From: Eledone cirrhosa
Lineage: Eukaryota
Assembly: GCA_964016885.1 (NCBI GenBank)
Contig: OZ024741.1
Location: forward strand, 408,270,001 to 408,334,000
Reading direction: 5' to 3'
DNA: 64,000 nt
Below the pieces are notes generated by a model. That model was not told the origin of the DNA and did not search any database. It saw only the letters and a program-made list of their open reading frames with translations. Every line of letters starts with the position of its first letter. Position 1 is the stretch's first letter. Positions 13,843 through 26,548 of the stretch are shown here, in pieces. The position numbers and the translations under genes are program-made.

Positions 13843-14030
13843 ATTGTTTCTACTTTTGACGCAAGGCCAACAATTATCCCAGTGTATTACTGGTACTTTA
13901 TTTCATCGACCCCCGTAAGGATGAAAGGCAAAATTAACCTCGGTGGGATTTGAACTCAGATCATAAAGGGCCGTAACTCTTTGCTGCAAAGCATGGCGTC
14001 CGACCCTCTACCGATACTGCCAATCCACTG
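13843..14030 (-). mobile_element. Same main SINE family
   Basis: Full-length reverse-complement copy. Confidence 0.82.
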
Positions 14031-14221
14031 TCCTTAAATAACACAGCGAAGATCATAGATTTACATACGTTTCTCCCATCAACCTTCTAATCTTTCTCCC
14101 ATCAACCTTCTAACCTTTCTAATTTGCTCGAATTTTATTTTATTTATTAGCTAACCCGGTGTCATCAAAAATGACGGCTAAATTTAATATTTTATATATA
14201 AAAAGGATACAAAATCAAGTG

Positions 14222-14430
14222 TATAAACTCACAAACACACATACACTCACACAGGTATAAATATAAACTCACAAACCCACATACCCTTACACAGGTATAA
14301 ATATAACCACAGAAACACACACCCTTACACAGGTATAAATATAAACTCACAAACACACATACCCTTACACAGGTATAAATATAAACTCACAAACACACAT
14401 ACGCTCACACAGGTATAAATATAAACACAC
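14222..14430 (+). repeat. ~40-bp minisatellite
   Basis: ACACAGGTATAAATATAAACTCACAAACACACATACCCTT, about 5 copies. Confidence 0.88.
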
Positions 14431-15418
14431 ATATACTCACACAAACACTCACATAATAATTATAGCCAATTCGCTACATATACACACACAAGTGTAACAC
14501 ATCTCAGAACGAAGGTCGCTGTTTTCTAAAGGTTGTCACCACCCCAACCTTTCTCAGTTATCTCCCTTTCAGGCAGTGATGGACGACTATATAAATGAAT
14601 AATTATACACACATTCACCATTATAGTAGATGATTTTAATTTTTAAATAAATGATGTGGGAAGGCAACAGTTTTGAATGTTTTGTTAGTTTCCTGGTGGA
14701 TAAATCATTATTTACACCACACCAAAATCACGACAGACCTAATATTTGACATTTTAAATTAGATCATTCAATTAATTAATGACAGCACTTTCTTCATATC
14801 TACGTGAATCTATAACAGATGTTTATTTATAGGAAGGCAAAGAGCAATAGATACTAATAACATAGAGAAAAGCCATATCGACTCTAGCACAGATTCTAAA
14901 TGATAAATTTTCCATTTACTTTATTTTTAATGATACGGTGGCCTAAATAGGTGAGGATTTTGAAAGAAAAATAGTAATAATAATAATAAATCGATATAAA
15001 ATATAAATTTCCAAAAAGTCTTGGCACTTCCACAAATAGTTTTCTCACAAAATTAATGAGTATCATTGTATCAGACTTTCTCATTGTCTGTATTTACTTT
15101 ACCATGTAGGACATCTTGTTAAGAAAACCTAAATGTATGTTACGATACGTAATATTGCTAACCTTCAATTATTGTGGAGGTGACGTCATATAAAACAACT
15201 CGGTACTAAATCTATACAATTTCAATATATATAAATTCTGTTCTATCTAAGGTCGTCACTGCAAGCTTTTGAGATGTAATGTACGAAAAATATGATATTC
15301 ATGATATTCAGTGAGTGACATGAATTTATCTATAAGCTGCAGGTGAAACTGACTCAATAAAAGCTTAGTTATTACAACATTGCAATCATCATACTCCATA
15401 TATATCTTTATTATATAA

Positions 15419-16070
15419 GGCGAGGGATTGGCAGTATCGGTAGAGGGTTGGACGTCATGCTTTGCAAGCAAAGAGTTACGGTCCTGTATGATCTGAGTTC
15501 AAATCCCGCCGAGGTTAACTTTGCCTCTCATCTTTACGGGGTCGATAAAATAAAGTACCAGTGATGCACTGGGGTCTATTTACTTGACTTTCCAATCCCC
15601 CAAAACTGTTAGTCCTGTGTCTAAATCAGAAGCTATTATATAAGGAGGGGGTCGTCAGATTGGCAGTATCGTTAGAGGACCGGATAACATGCTTTGCTGT
15701 GGCATATAGTTAAGCCCTTTTACTTTCTGAGTTCAAATCCCGCTGAGGTTAACTTTGCCTTTCATCCTTACGGGATTTGATAAAATAAAGTACCAGTAAT
15801 TCACTGCGATCGATTTAATCGACTTACCCTTCCTCCAAAATTGTTGGCCTTGTGCCTATATAAAAAAAAACATTATTAAATGTTTAGAACTGTGAATTGG
15901 AAATGTCAGTAGAGCATCCTTTGTGGCATATAGTTACATCCCTTTAGGTTCTGAGATTAAATCCCACTGAAGATAGGTTTTCTTCTCATCTTTATGAGGT
16001 CGATGAAATAATGTACCAATAACTCACTTTCTCTCCCTATATGTGTTTGCCTAAATCAGAAACCATTATG
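15419..16070 (+). mobile_element. Three tandem SINE copies
   Basis: Repeated head, B box and core at ~15420, ~15655 and ~15895. Confidence 0.8.
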
Positions 16071-16164
16071 TAAGGAGCCCCTAATAACAAACGGAACCAT
16101 TATGTAAGGAGCCCCTAATAACAAACGGAACCATTATGTAAGGAGCCCCTAATAACAAACGGAA
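16061..16164 (+). repeat. 34-bp tandem repeat x3 at a SINE 3' end
   Basis: AACCATTATGTAAGGAGCCCCTAATAACAAACGG. Confidence 0.9.
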
Positions 16165-16420
16165 TATAATTTATTTCTTTAAATTCCAGATGCAGTTTTT
16201 TGATAGGAGGTAAATGTAAAACATAATTAGGTTACATAATCGTGTAATTCAACTTTACACAAAATACTGGTTATAATATATTGAAAATAAAAACATTTAC
16301 GTACAACTTAGAACAATCTAACACTATTATACATCCAACTCACTCACACACACACACACAACACACACATAAACACACACACACAGACACACACGCACAC
16401 ATAAACACACACACACACAT

Positions 16421-16467
<47 letters not shown>

Positions 16468-17142
16468 CTAGCAGAGGTACCCGGCGTTGCTCGGTATAAC
16501 ACTCAATGGAGTAGTCCTTCAAATGAACCGAAAGACTTCCGTTAAATACGACTATAGAAGTAACAATGTATAGGTGTTGGCCCTAAAGAGGGGCTATGAA
16601 CGTTCACTTTGAAATATCTCTGCTGCGGTGCTGCCAGCAAAGACGAATCCGATGGTAACAATTTAAAGTTGGTGGCCCTAAAGAGGACCTTGGATCGTTC
16701 ACTCTTAAAAGTCCCAGCGGCAGAGCTGTCAGCAAAGACGACTCCGATTAGAGGTGGTGGCCCTTAAGAAGTCCTTCACACCACTTTGGTGTGTCATATT
16801 TGCTTTGCTTGTTATTTGACATTATAACCTAGAAAAGCATGTAACAGTCGGTGGCCACAAAAAACGGCCTTGGCAAGATCACGCTGGAATGTCAAAAAAA
16901 TGTGTAAATAAGATGTAGGGAAAAGAAGATTAATTAGGTTAAAACTACGGAACATCGATAGCAAAGCGTAATAGCAACATATAAATGCGGAAAACGGAGA
17001 CATTGAACATTTATAACGTATAGTAAAAGCAACCTCAGAGGCGTACGTGGTATTGACTAAAAGACAAAAATAGCACACGGATACAGCAAATGTAAGCACT
17101 TATACAAAAAGAACAGCGATTACTTGTTGGCGGATGGGGTCC

Positions 17143-17680
17143 CTACAAAACTTCCTTATAGACTATATTTTGGGTTTTCTCGCGAGTTTCATAAGCAAAT
17201 AGTTTATGTCGGCTTCCCACTCGAGAGCAGCCAACATATAGTTGACCATGGGAGAAGCACGGTTCTTCTAAATTAAGCCCTACGACCGTCAACGTCTGAC
17301 CCTGTGATTTGTTAATCGACATGGCGAAACTGAGCCGGAGAGGGAATTGCAGCCTTCTGAATGTGAAAGGAATGTCTTTACCGGATGGAATGAGAGGTAT
17401 CCTTGGTATGAAGACAGTATCCCCCTTACCACATCCTGTAAGTATTGTTGCCTCAATAACATGAGGAATCGCCTTTTGGACGACCAGACGCGTGTCGTTC
17501 GAAAGCCTTCGGAGTTCCAAATTCCTGAGGAGCATGACAGTGGCACCTTTCTTAAGTCGCAGTACGTGTGGTGGCAATCCGGGAGGGTCTAGGGAGTTAA
17601 GAAATGATGTCGGGTAATTAACAACTTCAACCGGATCAGCCATAGAGTCAAGGGACTTGTAGGCGTGCAGGTTTCCAGAG
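17143..17680 (-). pseudogene. C-terminal fragment of Helitron PIF1-family helicase
   Basis: FLNSLDPPGLPPHVLRLKKGATVMLLRNL...FIPRIPL...RLQFPLRLSFAMSINKSQGQTL...CFSHGQLYVGCSRV. Confidence 0.93.
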
Positions 17681-17859
17681 CAAGCACAGCGTAATCGTAG
17701 GAGGGGTCGTAGTTAAAGGCCTTCAACAACCATCGTGAATTGCAAGTCCTAGAAATGCCACGTAACGATGATCGCCGCTGTTCACTTTTCAGAAGTCGGC
17801 CACGTCGTTGCTCTATGGTTTCAGTATTTCGTGCAGCAGCAGTGGCAGCGGCGTCCCTG

Positions 17860-18190
17860 CTTCCTCGAACGGCGCGTCGTCCTTCATCCGCTCGAGCGCG
17901 AGCAGCGGCTGTTGCAGTGGCGTCCCTGCTTCCTCGAACGGCGCGTCGTCCTTCATCCGCTCGAGCGCGAGCAGCGGCTGTTGCAGTGGCGTCCCTGCTT
18001 CGTCGAACGGCGCGTCGTCCTTCATTCTCTTGAGCGCGAGCAACGGATGTTGCACCGGCGACCCTGCTTCGTCGAACGGCACGTCGTCCTTCATCCTCTC
18101 GAGCGCGAGCAACGGATGTTGCACCGGCGACCCTGCTTTGTTAAACGGCACGTCGTCCTTCATCCGCTCGAGCGCGAGCAGCAGCAGTCG
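17860..18190 (-). repeat. GC-rich ~63-bp tandem repeat (about 5 copies), probably the decayed repetitive N-terminus of RepHel
   Basis: Unit GCTCGAGCGCGAGCA...CGTCGTCCTTCATCC. Minus-strand reading is AAARARADEGRRAVRGSRDATAT, downstream of an MPP..KRK-like start at ~18394. Confidence 0.7.
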
Positions 18191-20226
18191 CGGCAGCATC
18201 TTTGTTCCGTCGAAGTTCACGCCGACTGTCATCCTCCTCCGCTCTTGCAGCTGCCGTCTGCACAGCATTCTGTGAGGGCCTGATCGCAGTCGCATTTACA
18301 TCTTCGGTGAGACGCCTTCGCTTAGACCTACTTGCATCATTAGATAATCAACCAATGAAACTTCTTTTCGGGGGGGGGGGGGGGGGGGGGGCATTGTTTT
18401 TAGAAAATTAACCAGGGAGAACGATAAATAGTGGACAAATAACGTTTAAGTAAGCAAATCTAAACACGGATATAAATTGTGAAAAAATGTGATAAAACTA
18501 TGTGGTCTGAGAAAGTGGGTATGTTTTGCAAGATTTTGCGTACCAGTCAAATTTCAGGTTTTAAGTTAGGGGTAACGCAGCGTACGGACTACCAGTGATA
18601 AAGTAAATTAAATAGTGTGACTACAGTGGTAGTTATATAAGTGTCAGTATGTTTGTTTAGTTCGAAGATAGCAATAAGTAAGTACTAACCATTGAAAGGA
18701 TACAGGCAAAAATGGCCGAAAAATCACAGCATGATAAACTGTAACATTATGACCATAACCACATTAACTAAACCTCCTTTAAGGTGACAAATGTTGAAGT
18801 AGCATGCGTTTCAGAAACATGGGGTAGCTTATTAGAGTACGCATGTAAAAAAACTTACCACTTGTCAAAAGCCAAAAAAAGAAGTGAGATCTTAGGTCGG
18901 ACTTGACCGATATAAATAGGAGTGATTTCGCTCAATGAACAACACTTGAATTGTCTGATTGGTTAGATAATACAAATAAGTGTGATGAAATCTTCTGAAC
19001 ACAACTCACTGATGTGTGGTTGGCCAGAGGTCGCCATTTCGCACTTAATTGAGGTGCAATTAAACGGGGGAGACAACCGGGTGCAAAAACTAATCAATCA
19101 TTCGCACAGTTTAGGCATGAGTGGGAAATAGCACAATCCACATACAGTAAGCGTTAAAATTTACACCTGGGTTAAATTGCGTTTTCTTGGTTAGGAGTGT
19201 GAAATGACGCCAAAGTTCAAGGAAAAAGATTTAACTCCCCATTCCGCACTTAATTGTGGTGCAATTACACGGGGAGACAACCGAGTGCAACATTAAATTC
19301 AATCATCCTAAAGTTAACTAAACAAACTAAAGTCGAAATTCGTTTTATTGGACTACCAATTATCGAAGCTATGACGCTTTGCTGCATTACAATAGCCAAA
19401 TTCAATAAATGACTCGCCGGGGCTTACTGCCTCCAGGGGGTCCTCTTGCTTGTTCCGGGTATAGACAGTGTCGTCAACATCATCTTTAGGCAATTGGTAC
19501 CCAATGTGTCCGGTAAAGTTAAAATCGAATGTAAGCTTCACATATTATTAGGTACTAATACAGTGTTAATGTGAACTTCAATAGATAAGTCGAAGGGGAT
19601 TACTGCCCCCAGGGGTCCCCTTGATAAGTTCAAGTAAAAGTTCATGTGTTCACCTTCCTTTATAAGCCATGGGTTACCAATACGTCTCGCTTCGTGAATA
19701 CCAAACACCAACTCACGCAGTTATGACGTTTTGTTGTATTGATGATATCAACTTCAACATTCAAGTCGGTTTACTGCCCCCCAAGGGGTCCCCTACCTGA
19801 ATTTCTGCGCAAATGCATGCCTGCAAATTTATTTGTAGGCCATAAACAAACAAAAGATTAATTTTTTGTGAAGATGGGAGGCAAACTGCAGGAATTATGG
19901 GGCCTTTATGCAGTAGTACTGCTTACTCCAAACGAGAGGCTTAAGGGGGTTATCTGCCCTTAATAGCCTACGACGCGTAATAGGACTTCAGAAACCTATG
20001 TATGAAATTGGGTGCAAATCGGTTGTAAAATTTAGAAATGCATGCGGTTACACAGACAGACAGACAGACAGACAGACTGACAGGCAGTCAGACAGACAGA
20101 TTGACAGACATCTTCTGTTTTATATATAGAGATTAGAAGCACTCAACAAGAATTCTTCTGGAGTATAACATTAATATTCAAAACATTTTAGCTTTGAATA
20201 TGTCACTATCTGTAAAACAAATTTTG

Positions 20227-20287
20227 TATTTTATCTGATGAGTGCGTACCAAGATTATGGTACCCTTGAAATATATATAATAAAATA
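20227..20287 (+). ncRNA. Family A hammerhead in a short pLTR fragment (20133-20330)
   Basis: TATTTTAT-CTGATGA-..GTACC aagattat GGTAC..-GAAA-TATATATA-ATAAAATA. Confidence 0.78.
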
Positions 20288-20321
20288 AATATGGTTTTAT
20301 AAAGATAGTTTCCATTTATTA

Positions 20322-20374
<53 letters not shown>

Positions 20375-20737
20375 CGAAAATTCGAAAAAATAACAAAACA
20401 AACGGTGCAGTACATGGAAGAAATATATTAGTTTAACGCTTGAAATTGCAGGAAGAGTGTCTTAACGTTTATATAAGTAGGCCCCGAGTTGAGCCGGGGA
20501 AAACCACAGCAAATGAGGTACTCAATACATGTGGAGAGTGAAGGCAGGTGTTATATAAAACAGGCTTCTACAGGACTAGTACTGTTTTATTCGTATGAAA
20601 TCATCAGGAATCCCTGATGTTTTCATACTAATGTTACAGTACTAGTCCTGTAGAAGTATTTTCTATATAACTCATACATATATATATATATATATGTATA
20701 TATATAGAAGTGCTTACACAAAAGTTAGTTCACCATA

Positions 20738-20777
20738 CCGAGAACAATTGTTTCATCTTAGCGGATTCTCAGCTCGT
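20738..20777 (-). ncRNA. Degenerate minimal hammerhead (related copy ~45512-45552)
   Basis: Minus strand: CGAG-CTGAGA-ATC cgctaa GAT-GAAA-CAATTG-TT-CTCG. Palindromic stem III; the core is one nucleotide short. Confidence 0.55.
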
Positions 20778-21264
20778 AATGGACATGGTTATACGGAACA
20801 GAAAGGACAACCGTACGAACGCTCATGCGCAGAAACCGGTCACATCACACAGGCAATACTAAAATGTGTGCGAGCGGTGTAAGGGAGTAAACTGCGAAAG
20901 TCCGAAAAGATTTTAGTTGACAAGAAAATTATGATGTTGTTGTAATAATTCAATCCGGAGCTTTGTAGTTATGAAGGAGGTGTTTCGAGACGTGGGGACA
21001 ACGTGTGAAGAATTCATTTCTCGTGTTTAGGCAATCACTGCATAATCTCTTTAGAATATTTATTCGTTCATCAATACATAGTCCACACGACGGATTTCTC
21101 CTTGAGAGCCACGTATGGTCCCTCAAGGACTCAAGTATAGACTACTCCATTCAATGGAAACCATCACTAAGTCCAAGCCATACGCAAGGGGAAATCCGTC
21201 GTGTGGACTAACTCGTCCCATGGACTGGGTGTTCTACCTCTACGGATATAACCTTCAAGTGTTC

Positions 21265-21321
<57 letters not shown>

Positions 21322-21323
<2 letters not shown>

Positions 21324-21781
21324 CAGAAGGGATATTTAATTTGTTGGAAATTCAACAAATATAAATTGGGGTTGGGTTTTATGTCTAAGTCTAAGGCTTA
21401 GGGTTGGGGTTTACATCCATGTCTGATTCAGAGTACTCGACAAATTTCTGGAGTAAATATTCAATGATACTAAATAAATGGAAACTATATTTATAAAACC
21501 ATATTTATTCTATTATATATTATATATTTCAAGGGTACCAAAAACTTTGGTATGCTTTCACCAGATAAAATACAAAGTGTGTTTTATAAACTTTGACATA
21601 GCCAAGGAACATACCTGATGAGGTGAATTTTCCTTAATTCAACTGATAAGGTATGTTCCTTGGCTATGTCAAAATTTATAAAACACACTTTATATTTTAT
21701 CTGATGAAAGCGTTCCAAAGTATTTGGTACCCTTAATAGAAATATGGTTTTATAAATATAGTTTCCATTTATTTAATATAA
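21322..21781 (-). mobile_element. Fold-back family A pLTR derivative
   Basis: Inverted arms ~21471-21615 and ~21650-21778 with degenerate hammerheads. One-sided tail 21322-21470. TA flanks. Confidence 0.82.
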
Positions 21782-22230
21782 TTGTATATATATATATATA
21801 TATAATTAGGTAGTAACATGTGGTTACGCCGTATTTGACTACATAGAATTAGTGTTTTAATTGGGATTTTAAAAAACCTCTGAATGGAAAAAAGGATGAG
21901 TATTGATGTTTGCCGGACCAATGTGTACCATTACAGACTAATTCTATTTAGTCAAATACGGTGTAAGCTCATGTTACTACCTAATTTTCAAATTCGCTAG
22001 CCGTTTGTAAACAAAGTATTCTTTGTGTCTTCCTATTTATGTACATATACATACCTGCTATGGTTATATAGCTTCTAATTGAATGGAAGGAAGCATGGGT
22101 GGCGAGTTGGTATTTTTTTTTAATACCAACCAACAGACTAATTCCATTTAGTGAAATACGGCGTAAGCACATGTTACTACCTAATTTTCAAATTCGCTAG
22201 CCGTTTGTAAACAAAGCCTGCTTGGTGTCT

Positions 22231-22301
<71 letters not shown>

Positions 22302-22856
22302 CAAACAAACCGAGCATTATAATAAATGTTCGGTAAACCCATACGTACATATATATGTGTGTGATGTTTGTATATATATACAAAATACTGTATGTCTGTA
22401 TACATATATGTATGTACGTATACATACTTATATTTAAGTAGCAGCCGTACTAAGAGTGAGAAATGAAATTTCGTTTCATTTTTTCCATTTATCTTTTTCG
22501 GTGCGCCCGGCCGACTAATTCACTCGATATGCAAATTAGGCTGCTCAGCCGTGAATATGCATAAGGAAAGTATATACTTTCAGACGTTTAATCATCTGGC
22601 AGGAAGGTATACGGTGGTGACGATAGCTAACAAGCTTGAAACTAGTACATCGTTCCTTTGTCAGTGATGAACAAAAGGGCAACGATGGTTGCTAAACACT
22701 GTACGGCTTAATTCGGGCTGTTTGTTTACAAACAAACCGAGCATTATAATAAATGTTCGGTGAATCCATACGTACATATATATATGTATGCATATATGTA
22801 TATATATATACATACTACTGTACGTCTGTATACATATATGTATGTACGTATATATA

Positions 22857-22917
<61 letters not shown>

Positions 22918-23048
22918 AATTAGTATATCTACCAACATATATATACAGGTGCATACCTATGCTAGCAAATATATAGGTTTTGTCTTAGTAACTTCGTGGT
23001 TCAATGCAAGGGGATTCAGAACAATTATATGAATGACGTAAAATAAGA

Positions 23049-23511
23049 AAATTATAAAAATTAACTTACTAAAAGTTCACTCCAACTAATTAGTTATAAT
23101 TATAATTAGATAATTATAATTATCTCCAAATTATTTTGTTGAGCAAAAATTTGTCAAAACTGCTACTATAGTTCATAGTAACGGCTTGGCTACTGTCATT
23201 TTAACACCCCACTCCTCACTGATTAACCTCGATGTCACGTGATTGATTCTTTTGAATTTGCCACTGACCAAGTAGGCAGTGATTTTTTTCAATGATTTGG
23301 AATTTACTCCACGCTTGCTTTTTTCCATCCACTGAATTATTTTTGTATAAGTTCCCTGTGTCCACGCATCGCCAGCTATCTTAGCTGAGAACAGACTTCC
23401 TGGTGACGAAACGGCTTCTCCATGCTTTCCATTTAGAAACCATGTTTATTCCCTTTCAGAAACTAATTAGTTGAAGTGAAATTTTAGTAAGTAAGTTAAT
23501 TTTTATAATTT
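23049..23511. mobile_element. MITE-like element with ~50-bp imperfect terminal inverted repeats
   Basis: AAATTATAAAAATTAACTTACTAAAAGTTCACTCCAACTAATTAGTT versus AACTAATTAGTTGAAGTGAAATTTTAGTAAGTAAGTTAATTTTTATAATTT. Confidence 0.5.
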
Positions 23512-24059
23512 GGTTGAGATGCAATTTAGGCAATATTAGGCTGCGCTTTCTAGCTACCAGCCCACTCGCCGTAAGTCACCAATCACATTATTTCTGACTT
23601 GACCACTGCCACGTCACAGTTCTTATCCATTTTGAATTCATTTCTGGCGGGGATCATTTAAGAAAAATCTTCGTCCAAGTGAGTTTGTTTCTTGATGATT
23701 TCGAAGCTCGTAAATTTATCCTTGATCGGAATTTCCAAAAAGCGAATGAAAACCCATGGGGTAGAAACATAATTTTGGTATGTTTATATACATTTTTTTC
23801 TAATTTTGATTTTATACCTAATTGTGTATGGTTGACGATATATCTAATCGATTTCCACGTGCTATTAGAAATGCTGGGTAAATATTATATAGCTGTTGAT
23901 CGCGAATAAATAGCTGTCGTTTATTTATCTATTATTTCTTCATAGGTGCCTTTTAATCTTATAGCCTGGTTTAATTGGTTTTTTATGTGGTTGATTATGC
24001 TGATTGGGAGAGGAGGCGATGTATATATTTTATCAAATGTTTCTATGGACATACTTTAT

Positions 24060-24107
<48 letters not shown>

Positions 24108-24114
<7 letters not shown>

Positions 24115-24625
24115 TGTGTGAAATCCTTGGTACAGTTAGGTATATTTGAAAAAAGGAAAAGAATGACTTCACTTGTAGTTCTAAACAATTTGATTTAATT
24201 TTATTATCTTATAATATTAATTTATTATATTATAATATTAACTTCGGTGTGAAGAATTTTAAAGATTCCTGGTTAACTTTCTTGGAGAACTTTCTCGCAT
24301 TCGACGGTGGCGATTGTCAAACTGAGATAAGGTTGTGTTGTGATGTGTGACTCTATATATACGAGAGATTTGGATCACCCCATCCCACCCCCAGACACAT
24401 CCAAATCTCTCTTATATATAGAGTCACACATCACAACACAACCTGATCTCAGTGTGACAATCGTCACTGATGAATGTGAGAAGGTTCTCCAAGAAAGTTA
24501 AACAGGAATCTTTAAAATTCCTCCTACCGATGATAACAAAGAACTTATTAGATCTACCAACTCAATATTATAAAATTAAATCAAATTGTTTAGAACTACA
24601 AGTGAAGTCATTCTTTTCCTTTATT

Positions 24626-24632
<7 letters not shown>
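24108..24632. mobile_element. Fold-back element in (TA)n (deleted relative at 34103-34270)
   Basis: Arms ~24142-24375 and ~24399-24632 are reverse complements. ~35-bp one-sided tail. Confidence 0.78.
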
Positions 24633-24676
<44 letters not shown>

Positions 24677-25151
24677 ATCTTATGTTGTTTATTACATAAC
24701 TAAAAAGCCCTGTAGCCTACATAGAGCTCTCTCTTTTCCTTTACCTTTCCTACGGAAATACTTCATTTATATATATACCAGTGTGTGTGCGCGCGCGCGC
24801 GCGCGTGTGTGTGTGTGTTTGTGTGTGTGTTTGTGTGTGTGTGTGAGCAGGTAATTGTAGAGTAGGAATGCAGGAAAGACATAAAATGTAAATATAAATT
24901 GGAAAATACCAAAATCCGACTAAAGTAATGAAGTATAATTTATTAAAATAATTCAAGCCAACACAATATTTAAATATGGAAGACACTAATTAGCTACAGT
25001 TGATCTATGTTGATAATTTACTTGTTGATAATTTGCTAAATCTCCATAAACATAACAATTCATTAATTTCAGAGAAGACTATCAAGAAAAACCTAACCCA
25101 AATCTTAAACAAGAAATAATATCAAAGAAAATAAAAACGTCAAGACTATTA

Positions 25152-25431
25152 TCTATATATCTAAAACAGAGAATGTCTGGCTGTCTGTCTGTCCCACTAA
25201 AACTCGCGAACCACCCAACCGACATTTTTCAAACTTTCCACATGTAATACTTATGGTTGTGTGAATGTTTTGAGTAAAAAACATTTCAAATGTTCAATGC
25301 CTTAGGGACCGCATTAGGCGCCGAACATTGCGCGCTTATAATATCTGTCTGTATGTCTGGCTGTCTTCATTACGACATTATGACGCTATCTGTGTGTGTA
25401 TATATGTATATTTCGAAAAACGTTACACACA

Positions 25432-25491
<60 letters not shown>

Positions 25492-26398
25492 TATATATAA
25501 CCACTATATATATGCATATATACCTAGGTGACCGAATTAGCAACGGAGGTGGGTGCTCAGAAAGTACAATAACTAGGGTAAGAACGGGATGGAAGAAGTT
25601 TAGGGAACTACTACCACTGCTAGCTGCAAAAGGCTTCTCCCTCAGAATGAAAGGCAGACTGTATGATGTGTGTATCCGAACGGCAATGTTACGTGGTAGT
25701 GAGACCTGGGCGCTGAAGGTGGAAGACTTACGTAGATTAGAGAGAAACAAAGCCTGCATGCGCCGATGGATGTGTAACAGTAATATACGTGAACGACAAA
25801 GCATAAAGGAATTGAGAGAGAGACTGAGCATAAGAGGAATCAAATGCTGCGTGCAGGAGAGGCGGTTACGCTGGTATGGACATGTGATGCGTATGAAGGA
25901 TGACAGCTGCATAAAAAGGTGCAGAGCACTAGAAGTTGATGGAAACCGCGGAGTGGGGAGACCCAAGATGACTTGGGATGAGGTGATAAAAGCCGACCTT
26001 ACCCAACTACACCTCTCAAAGTCAATGACACACGACCGTGACTTCTGGCGTCACGCAGTAATACAGGGTACCCGACCTCCCATGGGTCCATGCTGAAGCA
26101 TATAAACAATATGCCCCCCCCCCCACCGCAAGGTGGTCGTGGAGGTGCCACGGCAAAAAAGCACCCAGCCCACACTGTAAAGTGGACGTGTAGGCGCCAC
26201 GAAAAAGCACCCAGCACTCACTGTAAATGAGGTTGGTGTTAGGAAGGGCATCCAGCTGTAGAAATCAAGCCAGTATCAGTTCCTGTATGAGCAAGGCATG
26301 GTCAGCCGACCAGACACTGCCCACAACAGGACAACCCGTCTAACCCATGCTAGCGTGGAAGAACGGACGTAAAACGGTGATGATGATGATGATGATGA

Positions 26399-26481
<83 letters not shown>

Positions 26482-26502
26482 TATATATAGTGGTTATATA
26501 TA

Positions 26503-26548
<46 letters not shown>

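Larger units (their letters stand above)
16468..20132 (-). mobile_element. Internally deleted Helitron
   Basis: Minus strand starts A|TC at 20132, followed by a (GTCT)n tract. It ends with hairpin CCGAGCAACGCCGG and CTAG|T at 16468, and carries RepHel remnants. Confidence 0.88.

Noticed and set aside
21367-21425. TTAGGG-containing insert in a pLTR tail as evidence of telomere addition
   Set aside because: There is only one exact TTAGGG in ~55 bp, which is too weak.
22445-22860. Octamer ATGCAAAT and hairpins between 140-bp direct repeats as an snRNA gene or LTR element
   Set aside because: No recognisable snRNA, PBS/PPT or ribozyme core; only a local duplication is supported.
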